A stretch of DNA of 24,000 bases from Acidimicrobiales bacterium (GTDB lineage: Bacteria; Actinomycetota; Acidimicrobiia; Acidimicrobiales; Poriferisodalaceae): the NCBI GenBank assembly GCA_965213525.1, contig OZ243889.1, forward strand, positions 1,154,860-1,178,859, in the 5' to 3' direction. Shown here piece after piece: positions 7,391 through 17,923 of the stretch (positions within the stretch are counted from its first letter, which is position 1; every line of letters starts with the position of its first letter). The notes below the pieces were generated by a model, which saw only the letters and a program-made list of their open reading frames with translations, was not told where the DNA came from and ran no database searches. The position numbers and the translations under genes were made by a program.

Positions 7391-7504
7391 CCGAGGTCCC
7401 AAGCCGTCGTCGGTGAGGTGTTCATCGGCGCCCGGCGGGGGACGACGCCCTGACGGTCCGCCCGACGATCCCGTCCAGGTGACCGCGATGGAGGGATCCA
7501 CGCC

Positions 7505-8293
7505 ATGACCACCGCCACCGCCACCAGGAACGACGCCGTCGCGTCGGGCGTCACGCCGGATCGGCTGGGTGATCTGCGCCGTTGGAACCTCGGGCTCACC
7601 GCGTTGCACGCCGTGCAGGCCGTCGTCGTCGTCGTCCTGGCGAGCGACTTCGCCGTCACCCTCACCTCGACGTATCCGGACGGTCCGCCCGGGACGAGGA
7701 CCCCCCAGCCAGCCGAGCTCTTCGACGTGCGCATCGGAGCGGCGATCGCGGTGTTCCTCGGGCTCGCCGCCCTCGACCACCTCCTCACCGCCACCGTCGC
7801 CCGCCAGACCTACGAATCCGACCTCCGGGACGGCATCAACCGGTTCCGCTGGGTCGAGTACTCCTTCAGTGCCACGCTGATGGTGCTGCTCATCGCCTCC
7901 TACGCCGGCATCACCGACATCACCGGGGTCGTCGCCATCGCCGGGGCGAACGTGGCGATGATCCTGTTCGGCTGGCTGCAGGAGCGGATGAACCCGCCGG
8001 GGCGGGCGACGACGACGATGACGCCGTTCTGGTTCGGCGTCCTGGTCGGCCTCGCCCCGTGGGTGGCGATCGCCGTCAACCTCTTCGGCGCCGACACCGT
8101 GCCCAACTTCGTCTACGGGATCTTCTTCGCCCAGCTCGTGTTCTTCTTCAGCTTCGGGCTGAACCAGTGGCTGCAGTACCGCGGGGTCTGGCGGTGGTCG
8201 GACTACGCCTTTGGCGAGAAGGCGTACCTGGTGCTGAGCCTGGGCGCCAAGTCGGTGCTGGCCTGGCAGATCTTCGGCGGATCGCTGAACTGA
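7505..8293 (+). CDS. Heliorhodopsin (retinal-binding seven-TM photoreceptor, inverted topology family)
   Basis: ORF track 7505..8293 (+), 262 aa, with a GGAGGGA SD at 7490-7496. There is block-by-block similarity to heliorhodopsin 48C12 as I remember it. Blocks: LHAVQAVVVVVLASDFAVTLTSTYPDGPPGT; AVFLGLAALDH; NRFRWVEYSFSATLMVLLIA (counterion Glu in RWVEYS); NVAMILFGWLQE; TPFWFGVLVGLAPW; NFVYGIFFAQLVFFFSFGLNQWLQYRG; EKAYLVLSLGAKSVLAWQIFGGSL (Schiff-base Lys in SLGAKS). Confidence 0.9.
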   Translation: MTTATATRNDAVASGVTPDRLGDLRRWNLGLTALHAVQAVVVVVLASDFAVTLTSTYPDGPPGTRTPQPAELFDVRIGAAIAVFLGLAALDHLLTATVARQTYESDLRDGINRFRWVEYSFSATLMVLLIASYAGITDITGVVAIAGANVAMILFGWLQERMNPPGRATTTMTPFWFGVLVGLAPWVAIAVNLFGADTVPNFVYGIFFAQLVFFFSFGLNQWLQYRGVWRWSDYAFGEKAYLVLSLGAKSVLAWQIFGGSLN

Positions 8294-8330
8294 TCGAGGC
8301 CGCAGGAGGTCGTCGCTACGATCGGCGGGT

Positions 8331-9383
8331 GTGGCGACACGGGTGATCCAGTGGGGCAGCGGCAACGTGGGCCGCAAGGCCATCGCCGCGGTGGCGGCGC
8401 GACCTGACCTCGAGCTGGTGGGCCTGATGGTGACCGATCCCGCCAAGGTCGGGCGCGACGCCGGTGAGCTGGCCGGCATCGACACGCTCGGGGTGGCCGC
8501 CACCGACAGCCTCGACGAGCTCGTGGCCCTCGACGCCGACGTGGTGCTGCACATGCCGCTGCCGTCGCTGGTGCACGGCGACGACCCCGGCGCCGACCTC
8601 GACGTGTTCTGCCGCCTGCTCGCCGGCGGCGCCCACGTCGTGACCACGGTCGGGTACATGTACCCGTCGGTGCACGGCGACGAGGTGATGGGCCGCCTCA
8701 CCGAGGCCTGCCAGACCGGCGGGACGGCGTTCCACGGAACCGGAGCCAACCCGGGCTGGTTCGGCGACGTGGTGCCGCTGGTCATGTCGGGGCTGTCGCT
8801 GTGCATCGACCGCATCTCGGTCACCGAGATCAGCAGCTTCCAGCACTACCCGTCGCCCGAGATCATGTTCGACATGATGAACTTCGGGCGCACGCCGGCC
8901 GAGTTCGACGCCGTCTCGGCCCGTCACCGGGGCTGGCTCGACGGCTTGTTCACCGAAGCGGTCCAGATGGTCGCCGACGGCCTCGGCCTCGACGTCGACG
9001 GCGTGTCCTCAGGGCTCGAGACGTGGGTCACCGACACCGATCTTGACACCGCAGCCGGCCGAGTCGGTGCCGGGACGGTGGCGGGCCAGCGGTGGAACTG
9101 GCAGGCGACCATCGACGGCGAGCCCGTGGTCACCCAGGAGACGGTGTGGCGGATGCACGACGACGCGGCCCCGGAGTGGCCCCGTGGCGACTGGTCGATC
9201 GTGATCGACGGTGAGCCCCGCATGCGCCTGTCCCTGCCCCACGGCTGGAACCGCGACGTGTTGGCCTCCACGGCCGCCCACGCCGTGAACGTCATCGGTT
9301 ACCTGGTCGACCGACCGCCCGGCGTCGCCACCTTCTTGGACCTGCCCGTCGTCGCCGGCCGGGGTGCCCACCTCCGCCGCTGA
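8331..9383 (+). CDS. DapB-like NAD(P)-binding oxidoreductase (dihydrodipicolinate reductase N-terminal fold / amine dehydrogenase-like)
   Basis: ORF track 8331..9383 (+), 350 aa, GTG start. The N-terminal Rossmann signature RVIQWGSGNVGRKAIAAV is typical of the family usually annotated as dihydrodipicolinate reductase-like. The gene starts 37 nt after heliorhodopsin on the same strand. The exact start is uncertain; GTG 8343 is also possible. Confidence 0.7.
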   Translation: MATRVIQWGSGNVGRKAIAAVAARPDLELVGLMVTDPAKVGRDAGELAGIDTLGVAATDSLDELVALDADVVLHMPLPSLVHGDDPGADLDVFCRLLAGGAHVVTTVGYMYPSVHGDEVMGRLTEACQTGGTAFHGTGANPGWFGDVVPLVMSGLSLCIDRISVTEISSFQHYPSPEIMFDMMNFGRTPAEFDAVSARHRGWLDGLFTEAVQMVADGLGLDVDGVSSGLETWVTDTDLDTAAGRVGAGTVAGQRWNWQATIDGEPVVTQETVWRMHDDAAPEWPRGDWSIVIDGEPRMRLSLPHGWNRDVLASTAAHAVNVIGYLVDRPPGVATFLDLPVVAGRGAHLRR

Positions 9384-9437
9384 CGCCGGCTCGGTGGGCA
9401 CGCACCATCGCACCACGCGGTGGGCCAGACGGCGCGC

Positions 9438-12191
<2,754 letters not shown>

Positions 12192-12270
12192 CTCGGCCTC
12201 CCCCGTCGCGTCCACGTAGGCGGGCTCATCCTCCCATGCCCGGGCTCCACCTGGCCCGCCCCCCGGCTCC

Positions 12271-12624
12271 TCAGTCCTGCAGGGGGTCGTGGCCCCAGTT
12301 CATGAGGGAGTACCGCCACCTCGTCTCGGTCACGTCGCCGTCGGGTCGCTGTGCGAGGTGGCGGTGCACGTAGCCGATGACCTTCTCCATGTGGTCGTAG
12401 GCGTCGGTGTCGTAGTCGGCGACCTTGGTCCCCAACAACTCGACGATCCGCCGTCCGGAGCGGTGGCCGACGGATTCGTCGTCCTCACCCTCAGCGGCGC
12501 CCACCGACTGGGACTCCTCGGTGTCCAGCCACTCCTCGAGCTCTGACGGGCTCATGTTCACGACGTCGGAGAACTTGTTCCTGACGTCCTGGCGTTCGTC
12601 GTCGTCTCGCTGCTGGTCTGCCAT
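12271..12624 (-). CDS. DUF3140-family protein
   Basis: ORF track 12271..12624 (-), 117 aa. The pattern matches what I recall for DUF3140: [23 protein letters not shown]....[15 protein letters not shown]...[18 protein letters not shown]......[18 protein letters not shown] lies upstream of the ATG. Confidence 0.75.
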   Translation of the reverse strand: MADQQRDDDERQDVRNKFSDVVNMSPSELEEWLDTEESQSVGAAEGEDDESVGHRSGRRIVELLGTKVADYDTDAYDHMEKVIGYVHRHLAQRPDGDVTETRWRYSLMNWGHDPLQD

Positions 12625-12663
12625 GGCCCTCGGTCCGCCTCCTGGTTCGCCCGCCCCGTCTGT

Positions 12664-12687
12664 GGCCCGGCGGAGATCTCGCCGGCC
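12664..12687 (-). terminator. Candidate intrinsic-terminator-like hairpin after the PGPGW gene
   Basis: An imperfect GC-rich inverted repeat is centred on AGATCT (12674-12679). The arms GGCCCGGCGG / CGCCGGCC pair with two bulges. It begins 8 nt past the stop at 12696. There is no U-tract, so support is weak. Confidence 0.2.
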
Positions 12688-12695
12688 GTGAGGAG

Positions 12696-13148
12696 CTAGT
12701 CGACTACCCAGCGGCGCACGGCGGGAACCAACACGGCCATGGCGAACGTGCCCGCCACGATCGCCGAGATGCCCAGGCCCTGGCGACCGTCGAGCAGCAG
12801 CAGCGCGATCAGACCGCCGCCGACGAGGGAGATCGCCGACAGGGCCAGCAGGCCGCGCGCCATCCGGCTGCGGTCGAGCTCATCGGTGAGCACCTTGGCC
12901 TTGCCCTTGGCCCGGTCGAGGGTGCGTTCGGCCCAGGCGAACTCCCGGGCGAGGATGGCCAGGCCCACCAGGATGACGAGCATCCCCGGCCCCGGCAGCA
13001 CGAGCATGACCACCCCGGCGCCGAGCATGGTGACCCCGACGAGGAACACGACCATGCGCCGGGCGTTGGACGCGATGACCTCGAGCCAGCGCAGGGGGTG
13101 GTGCAACCCTCGGGTGCTGCGGTCGTCTGCGCTCGAGGTCGATCCCAT
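12696..13148 (-). CDS. PGPGW-motif small membrane protein
   Basis: ORF track 12696..13337 (-), trimmed to ATG 13148. Third-position GC collapses just upstream (TGT CAA ACT CCA), and the upstream part is the intergenic repeat array. The motif MLVLPGPGMLVILVGLAILAREFAWAER plus two further TM segments fit the PGPGW transmembrane family. No clear SD is present, so the start is uncertain. Confidence 0.65.
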   Translation of the reverse strand: MGSTSSADDRSTRGLHHPLRWLEVIASNARRMVVFLVGVTMLGAGVVMLVLPGPGMLVILVGLAILAREFAWAERTLDRAKGKAKVLTDELDRSRMARGLLALSAISLVGGGLIALLLLDGRQGLGISAIVAGTFAMAVLVPAVRRWVVD

Positions 13149-13184
13149 GACGGCTGGAGTTTGACACGGCGACGGCATCGACCA

Positions 13185-13305
13185 CTGACGACCGGACCGC
13201 CTGGCCGCCTGAACCGCCTGACGACCGGACCGCCTGGCCGCCTGGCCGCCTGAACCGCCTGACGACCGGACCGCCTGACCGCCTGACCGGCTGACCGCTT
13301 GCCGG
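13185..13305. repeat. Intergenic tandem repeat array built from 9-nt CTGRMCGCC units with a 33-41-nt super-unit
   Basis: CTGACGACCGGACCGC recurs at 13185, 13218 and 13259. Each copy is followed by runs of CTGGCCGCC / CTGAACGCC / CTGACCGCC / CTGACCGGC. The array lies in the 282-nt divergent gap between the PGPGW gene (start 13148) and the P450 gene (start 13431). Confidence 0.85.
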
Positions 13306-13430
13306 CCGGTGATCCATGCGAGCGGGCCGTCACCCATGTGGCCGTCGCCGTCCGATGCGTGGTGTCATCGGGTCGCGGGGCGCCGCTCAGGATGGGGCCT
13401 CGCGCGCCGAGCGACGAGGACGACCACACC

Positions 13431-14854
13431 ATGACCACCGTGACCAGACCGACGATCGACCTCGTCGATCCGGCCAGCTTCGCCGGCAGCCAGCCCCACG
13501 CCGCCTTCGATTGGCTGCGTGAGCACGAGCCCGTGCACCGCCACGGCGAACCCGACGGTCCCGGGTTCTGGGCGGTGACCCGCCACGACCTGGTCACGGT
13601 GGTGGGCAAGGACGCCGGACGGTTCTCCTCTGAGCCGACGATCATGTTGGCCGACCCCGACGAGGCCACCGATCTCGGTGAGCACCAGATGATGTTGATG
13701 TCTGACCCGCCCTTGCACACCCGGATGCGGCGCCTCGTCAGCCGCCGCTTCACCCCCAAGGCCGTGCGGGCCCTGGACGGATCGATCGCCCAGCTGGCGA
13801 CCCGCATCGTCGACGGCGTGATCGAGCGGGGCGGATGCGACCTCGTCACCGACCTGGCCGGTGAGATGCCGAGCTTCGTCATCGCCGACCTGCTCGGCAT
13901 CCCCCTGGAGGACGGACGAGCGCTGTACCACCACACCGAGGCGCTGCACTCCTCACCAGAGGTCGTCGGCATCGAGGCCCAACGCGCGGCGTTCGGCCAG
14001 ATGATGGCCTACAGCCAGCAGGTAAGCGGGGCGGATGCGACCTCGTCACCGACCTGGCCGGTGAGATGCCGAGCTTCGTCATCGCCGACCTGCTCGGCAT
14101 CCCCCTGGAGGACGGACGAGCGCTGTACCACCACACCGAGGCGCTGCACTCCTCACCAGAGGTCGTCGGCATCGAGGCCCAACGCGCGGCGTTCGGCCAG
14201 ATGATGGCCTACAGCCAGCAGGTCTACGCCGAACGGACCGCTGACCCGGGCGATGATCTCGCCTCGCTCATCGCCACCGGCCGGGTCGACGAGCGCCCGG
14301 TCGACGAGATCGACTTCTTCTTGTGGTTCCTGCTGCTCGTCGACGCCGGTGGTGACACCACTCGCAACCTCGTGGGCGGCGGCATGCACGCCCTGTTCGA
14401 GCGACCCGACCAGCTGCGGTGGCTCGCCGAGGATCCGCGAGGACGTCTGCCCCGGGCGGTGGAGGAGCTGCTCCGCTTCGTCAGCCCGGTCATCCACATG
14501 CGCCGGACCGCCACCGCGGACACCGAGCTCGGCGGGCAGCACATCGAGGCCGGCGACAAGGTCGTCATGTTCTACGGGGCGGCCAACCGCGATCCGGCGG
14601 TCTTCGATGACCCCCACCTCCTCGACCTCGGGCGTGACCCCAACCCCCACGTGGCCTTCGGTGGTGGTGGTCCGCACTTCTGCCTCGGGGCCCACCTCGC
14701 CCGCACCGAGATCATCGCCTTGATGGGTGAGATCCTCACCCGCCTCGACGATCTCGAGCCCGCCGGCGAACCGGGGTGGATGGCGTCGAACTTCATCTAC
14801 GGGCCGACCACCCTGCCGGTGCGCTTCACCCCGGCGACTCGCACCGTCGCCTGA
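13431..14854 (+). pseudogene. Cytochrome P450 interrupted by a frameshifting 200-bp tandem duplication
   Basis: The gene is split across two track ORFs. ORF 13299..14204 has its real start at ATG 13431, with GAGGA at 13415-13419 (MTTVTRPTIDLVDPASF...). ORF 14066..14854 is the second piece. The N-half reads correctly to ...MMAYSQQV, then leaves the frame. The C-half carries the I-helix VDAGGDTTRN, EELLRF (ExxR) and the heme loop FGGGGPHFCLGAHLAR. The span is 1424 nt, not a multiple of 3. Removing 200 nt gives 1224 nt, a typical 407-aa P450. Confidence 0.85.
13825..14223. repeat. Perfect 199-bp direct tandem duplication (13825-14023 and 14025-14223) separated by a single A (14024)
   Basis: A base-by-base comparison of the two copies (AGCGGGGCGGATGCGACCTCGTCACC...ATGATGGCCTACAGCCAGCAGGT) shows no mismatch. 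Both copies encode GGCDLVTDLAGEMPSFVIADLLGIPLEDGRALYHHTEALHSSPEVVGIEAQRAAFGQMMAYSQQV, in different frames. Confidence 0.95.
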
Positions 14855-15026
14855 GACCGGGGCGGCGGCGACGCGGCGCTCGGCCGTCTGAGGCGAGGCC
14901 TGACGGGGACGCCAGAGATGGCGTGCCACCGAGAGTGGCGCAACAGATCGACGACGGACACTCAACGTCGCATGTACAGGCTCCGACAGGGCAGGGGTCC
15001 ACCCCCTAACCGCCCAGGAGCCTCAC

Positions 15027-17783
15027 GTGGCTACTCAGAGTACACGACGAACGCGACTGTCGGTCGCGCTCGTCGCTGCGATCATCGTGCTCACCGCCCT
15101 CCCGGTGGCCGCGTCGGCCGACCCGGCCGCCTCGGGTCCGGTCCTGCCCGGCGCCACACCATGGGCGTTTCGATCCTCATCGATCGAGGGCGCCGGCTTC
15201 GTCAACGTCATCGCCCACGACCCCCACCACCCCGGGACCCTGCTCGCCGGCGGCGACGTGTCGGGCCTGCACCGCTCGACCGACGGCGGCCAGACGTGGG
15301 CCGCATCCAACCGTGGCATCACCCGCATCCCCGAGCTGTCGGTGGCGGCGATCGCCTACTCCCCGACCGTCCCAGATCTCATCTACGCCGCCGTGGGCGG
15401 AAAGAACGCCGCCGGCGGGGCGCTGCTCGTCTCAGAGGACGGGGGCGCCAGCTGGTCGTCGCGCTCACGAGAGGTCACCTTCTCGGGTGCGAACAACTTC
15501 GGGCACGACGTCCTGCCCGCTCCCCACCCCCGCTCCACGGGGCAGCTGCTCGTCGTCGCCGACGACGGCACCCTCTACGCAGGCACGTTCGACGACGGGG
15601 TGCACCGCTCGACCGACGGCGGGCGGAGCTGGAAGCACCTCGGGCTGCGGGGCCGGTTCATCCGCGGCATGGCTGCTGACCGCGACCGCCTCTACGTCGC
15701 GGCGTGGGATGGCGTCCACGTCATCACCGACGCCGACGGCGCGGCCCGGGCGTCGCACCTGACCGACTCACCCGCACGGGTCGAGGAGATCGCCGTCGAC
15801 GGCGCCACGGTCGTGGCCGTGGCCGGCAAGGCGGGCATCTGGCGTTCGACCGACCGGGGTGGCACCTGGAGCCGCCAGCACAGCGACGGGGGCCTCTGGA
15901 TGTCGGTGACCACCGGCGTCGACGCCGGTCGGACCGTCTGGTACGCCGGCTCTGACGATCCGCCCCGCCAGGGCAGTCGTCGTGACAGCGTCATCCGCTC
16001 ACGCGACGGGGGCCGGACGTGGTCGCCGGTCACCGGGCCGGGCAGCGTCTCGACCGACGTCGGCGGCCCCGGAGGTGACCCATGGTGGTTCGCCAAGGAC
16101 AACGGCTGGGCGATGATCGGCCAGGGGGGCTTCACCGCCGCCCAGATCACCGTGAGCCCCCACGACGGTCGCCACATCGGTGTGTCCGGACGCTCAGGGA
16201 TCTGGGGCACCCGCGACGGCGCTGTCACCTGGCACCCGTGGGTGCGTGGGCTGGGCGTCACGGTGAACCAGGACGTGACCGCCGTGCGAGGGCCCCAGGA
16301 CCAGTGGGCGGTCGCCAACACCGACTGGGTGACCTTCGCCAGCGGTGACGACCTCAACAGCCACGCCGACCAGCGCCCGCCCAAGGGCAACACGGCCTTC
16401 TCGATCGTGCCCGACAGCCCGTCCAACGAGGGCGGCATCGTCGTCGCCGTCGGCGACCGGGACCACAACAAGAACGGCGAGATCTACAGCAACCGGGACC
16501 ACCTGCGCGGCGGACGGTGGGTCTCGGAGGGCTTCTTGAACGCCACCGGCGGTCGGCGACCCTTCGGTGCCGTGGTCGGCGAGGACACCCAGGGCCGCCG
16601 GGTGCTGGTCGTGGCCAGTGACGGCGACGGTGTGTGGCGCCGGGTCGGCAACGGGCCGTGGCGGCGTTCTGGGGGCACCGCCATGCGCAACACCCCGGCG
16701 AACCGCACCGCTCCCCTGGCATGGGCCGAGGGCACCGACACCGTCTACCTCTATGACGCCGCCCAGGGTCTGTACCGCTCGAACGACGCGGGCGCATCGT
16801 TCTCGTTGATCTCGGCGACGACGTCGAACCGGTGGTTGTCGGGGTTCATGGCCCTTGACCCCACCGACCCGGGCCGGGTCTACATCAGCCGCCTCAACCG
16901 CGAGGTCTGGCGCCTCGACGGGGCTGACGGGCCCGCCACGCACGTGCGCGCCACCCGCCTCGACGGGGTGTCGAGCCCCGGCCCGCTGGTCGTGGCCCCC
17001 GACGGCACGGTGATCGTGACGGGCAACGCCCTCGCTGACGACGTGGCGCTGTGGGTGTCCGGCGATCACGGCGACCGCTGGGTCGACGTCGCCGACGACG
17101 CCTACCGGGCGGCGGCCGGCTTCCCCTGGCAGATCGCCATGGCCGAGGACGGGACCCTCGTGCTCGCCCTGTTCGGCAACGGCGCCATCGTCGGTGACGT
17201 GCTCGACGGCATCGGCGCCGTCTCGATCGGGACCAAGGTGCCGACGACGACGGCGGCGCCCGATGTCACCGAACCCCCTGTCACGGTGGCGCCGACCACG
17301 GCGGCGCCCACGACGGCGGCGCCCACGACGGCGGCGCCCACGACGGTGGCGCCGACCACGGCGGCGCCCACGACGGCGGCGCCCACGACGGCGGCGCCCA
17401 CGACGGCGGCGCCGACCACGGTGGCCCCCCCGGCCGGCGAGGTCGACCAGACCCCGACGGTGAGGTGGAGCCGCCCCGCCACCGGCAGCACCGGGCTGGC
17501 GGGCAAGGTGACCCTGACGGGCATCAGCAACGACGATCGCGCCGTCGCCGAGGTGCAGGTGTCGGTCAAGGACCGCGGCACCGGCCAGTGGCTGCGTGCC
17601 GACGGGTCGTGGGGTCGCTTCGAGTGGGTCGACGCCCGTGCGGCCCGTCCCGGCAGTCACCGCACCACCTGGTCACTGCCGATCCAGGTGCCGGCGGGAT
17701 CGCGGTTCTTCGCCCAGGTGCGAGCCGTCGATGACGCCGGTCAGATCTCCGAGGTTCGTCCCTCGGTGGCCTGGAGCAGCTGA
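15027..17783 (+). CDS. Secreted BNR/Asp-box repeat protein (sialidase/GH74-like beta-propeller fold) with a Pro/Thr linker and a C-terminal Ig-like domain
   Basis: ORF track 15027..17783 (+), 918 aa, GTG start with AGGAG at 15016-15020. Signal peptide RRTRLSVALVAAIIVLTALPVAASA. There are at least 7 Asp-box (SxDxGxTW-like) motifs: STDGGQTW, SEDGGASW, STDGGRSW, STDRGGTW, SRDGGRTW, TRDGAVTW, SGDHGDRW. The (APTTA)n linker runs over roughly aa 750-800, followed by a C-terminal beta-rich domain of about 110 aa. Confidence 0.8.
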   Translation: MATQSTRRTRLSVALVAAIIVLTALPVAASADPAASGPVLPGATPWAFRSSSIEGAGFVNVIAHDPHHPGTLLAGGDVSGLHRSTDGGQTWAASNRGITRIPELSVAAIAYSPTVPDLIYAAVGGKNAAGGALLVSEDGGASWSSRSREVTFSGANNFGHDVLPAPHPRSTGQLLVVADDGTLYAGTFDDGVHRSTDGGRSWKHLGLRGRFIRGMAADRDRLYVAAWDGVHVITDADGAARASHLTDSPARVEEIAVDGATVVAVAGKAGIWRSTDRGGTWSRQHSDGGLWMSVTTGVDAGRTVWYAGSDDPPRQGSRRDSVIRSRDGGRTWSPVTGPGSVSTDVGGPGGDPWWFAKDNGWAMIGQGGFTAAQITVSPHDGRHIGVSGRSGIWGTRDGAVTWHPWVRGLGVTVNQDVTAVRGPQDQWAVANTDWVTFASGDDLNSHADQRPPKGNTAFSIVPDSPSNEGGIVVAVGDRDHNKNGEIYSNRDHLRGGRWVSEGFLNATGGRRPFGAVVGEDTQGRRVLVVASDGDGVWRRVGNGPWRRSGGTAMRNTPANRTAPLAWAEGTDTVYLYDAAQGLYRSNDAGASFSLISATTSNRWLSGFMALDPTDPGRVYISRLNREVWRLDGADGPATHVRATRLDGVSSPGPLVVAPDGTVIVTGNALADDVALWVSGDHGDRWVDVADDAYRAAAGFPWQIAMAEDGTLVLALFGNGAIVGDVLDGIGAVSIGTKVPTTTAAPDVTEPPVTVAPTTAAPTTAAPTTAAPTTVAPTTAAPTTAAPTTAAPTTAAPTTVAPPAGEVDQTPTVRWSRPATGSTGLAGKVTLTGISNDDRAVAEVQVSVKDRGTGQWLRADGSWGRFEWVDARAARPGSHRTTWSLPIQVPAGSRFFAQVRAVDDAGQISEVRPSVAWSS
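17283..17425. repeat. 15-nt in-frame tandem repeat (APTTA/APTTV) with a 60-nt higher-order unit
   Basis: Units are GCGCCCACGACGGCG / GCGCCGACCACGGCG. Block 17281-17340 and block 17341-17400 are 58/60 identical, so a four-unit block has itself been duplicated. Confidence 0.9.
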
Positions 17784-17876
17784 ACCGTCGATCCAGCCGG
17801 GTCGTCCGAGCTGCTGGCCCGTGGGCTGGTGGGCCCAGCGTCCGGTAGCCGCCACGGCCGCCGAGCGTCAGACGAG

Positions 17877-17907
17877 GGCCGGGGTCAGCGGGGTCTCCCC
17901 GCCGGCC
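17877..17907. terminator. Candidate GC-rich hairpin between convergent genes
   Basis: GCGGGG-TCT-CCCCGC lies at 17888-17902, nested in GGCCGG...CCGGCC (17877-17882 / 17902-17907). It sits in the 140-nt gap between the convergent stops at 17783 (+) and 17924 (-). No U-tract; weak. Confidence 0.2.
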
Positions 17908-17923
17908 TCGGCCTTCGACGCGC

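Noticed and set aside
6406-8824. Minus-strand ORFs 6406..7794 (462 aa) and 7232..8824 (530 aa) covering the aquaporin, the spacer and heliorhodopsin.
   Set aside because: Same reasoning. The plus-strand frames encode an unmistakable MIP channel and a heliorhodopsin, and the minus-strand products are compositionally biased with no recognisable domains.
5020-9383. Whether the ars-heliorhodopsin block is a mobile or genomic island.
   Set aside because: No integrase, transposase, flanking inverted or direct repeats, or tRNA target is visible. By eye there is no GC-composition break relative to the flanks.
14019-14028. The duplication junction reads CAG|GTAAGC, resembling a eukaryotic 5' splice site, which hints at an intron.
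   Set aside because: The context is bacterial-type: SD sequences, overlapping start/stop codons and operons. The interval is an exact copy of adjacent exonic sequence, so the match is coincidental.
13299-14204. Treating 13299..14204 and 14066..14854 as two genuine, independently functional P450-related genes.
   Set aside because: The first lacks the heme-binding Cys loop and ends in about 60 aa of out-of-frame sequence. The second lacks the whole N-terminal half. The split is fully explained by the 200-bp duplication.
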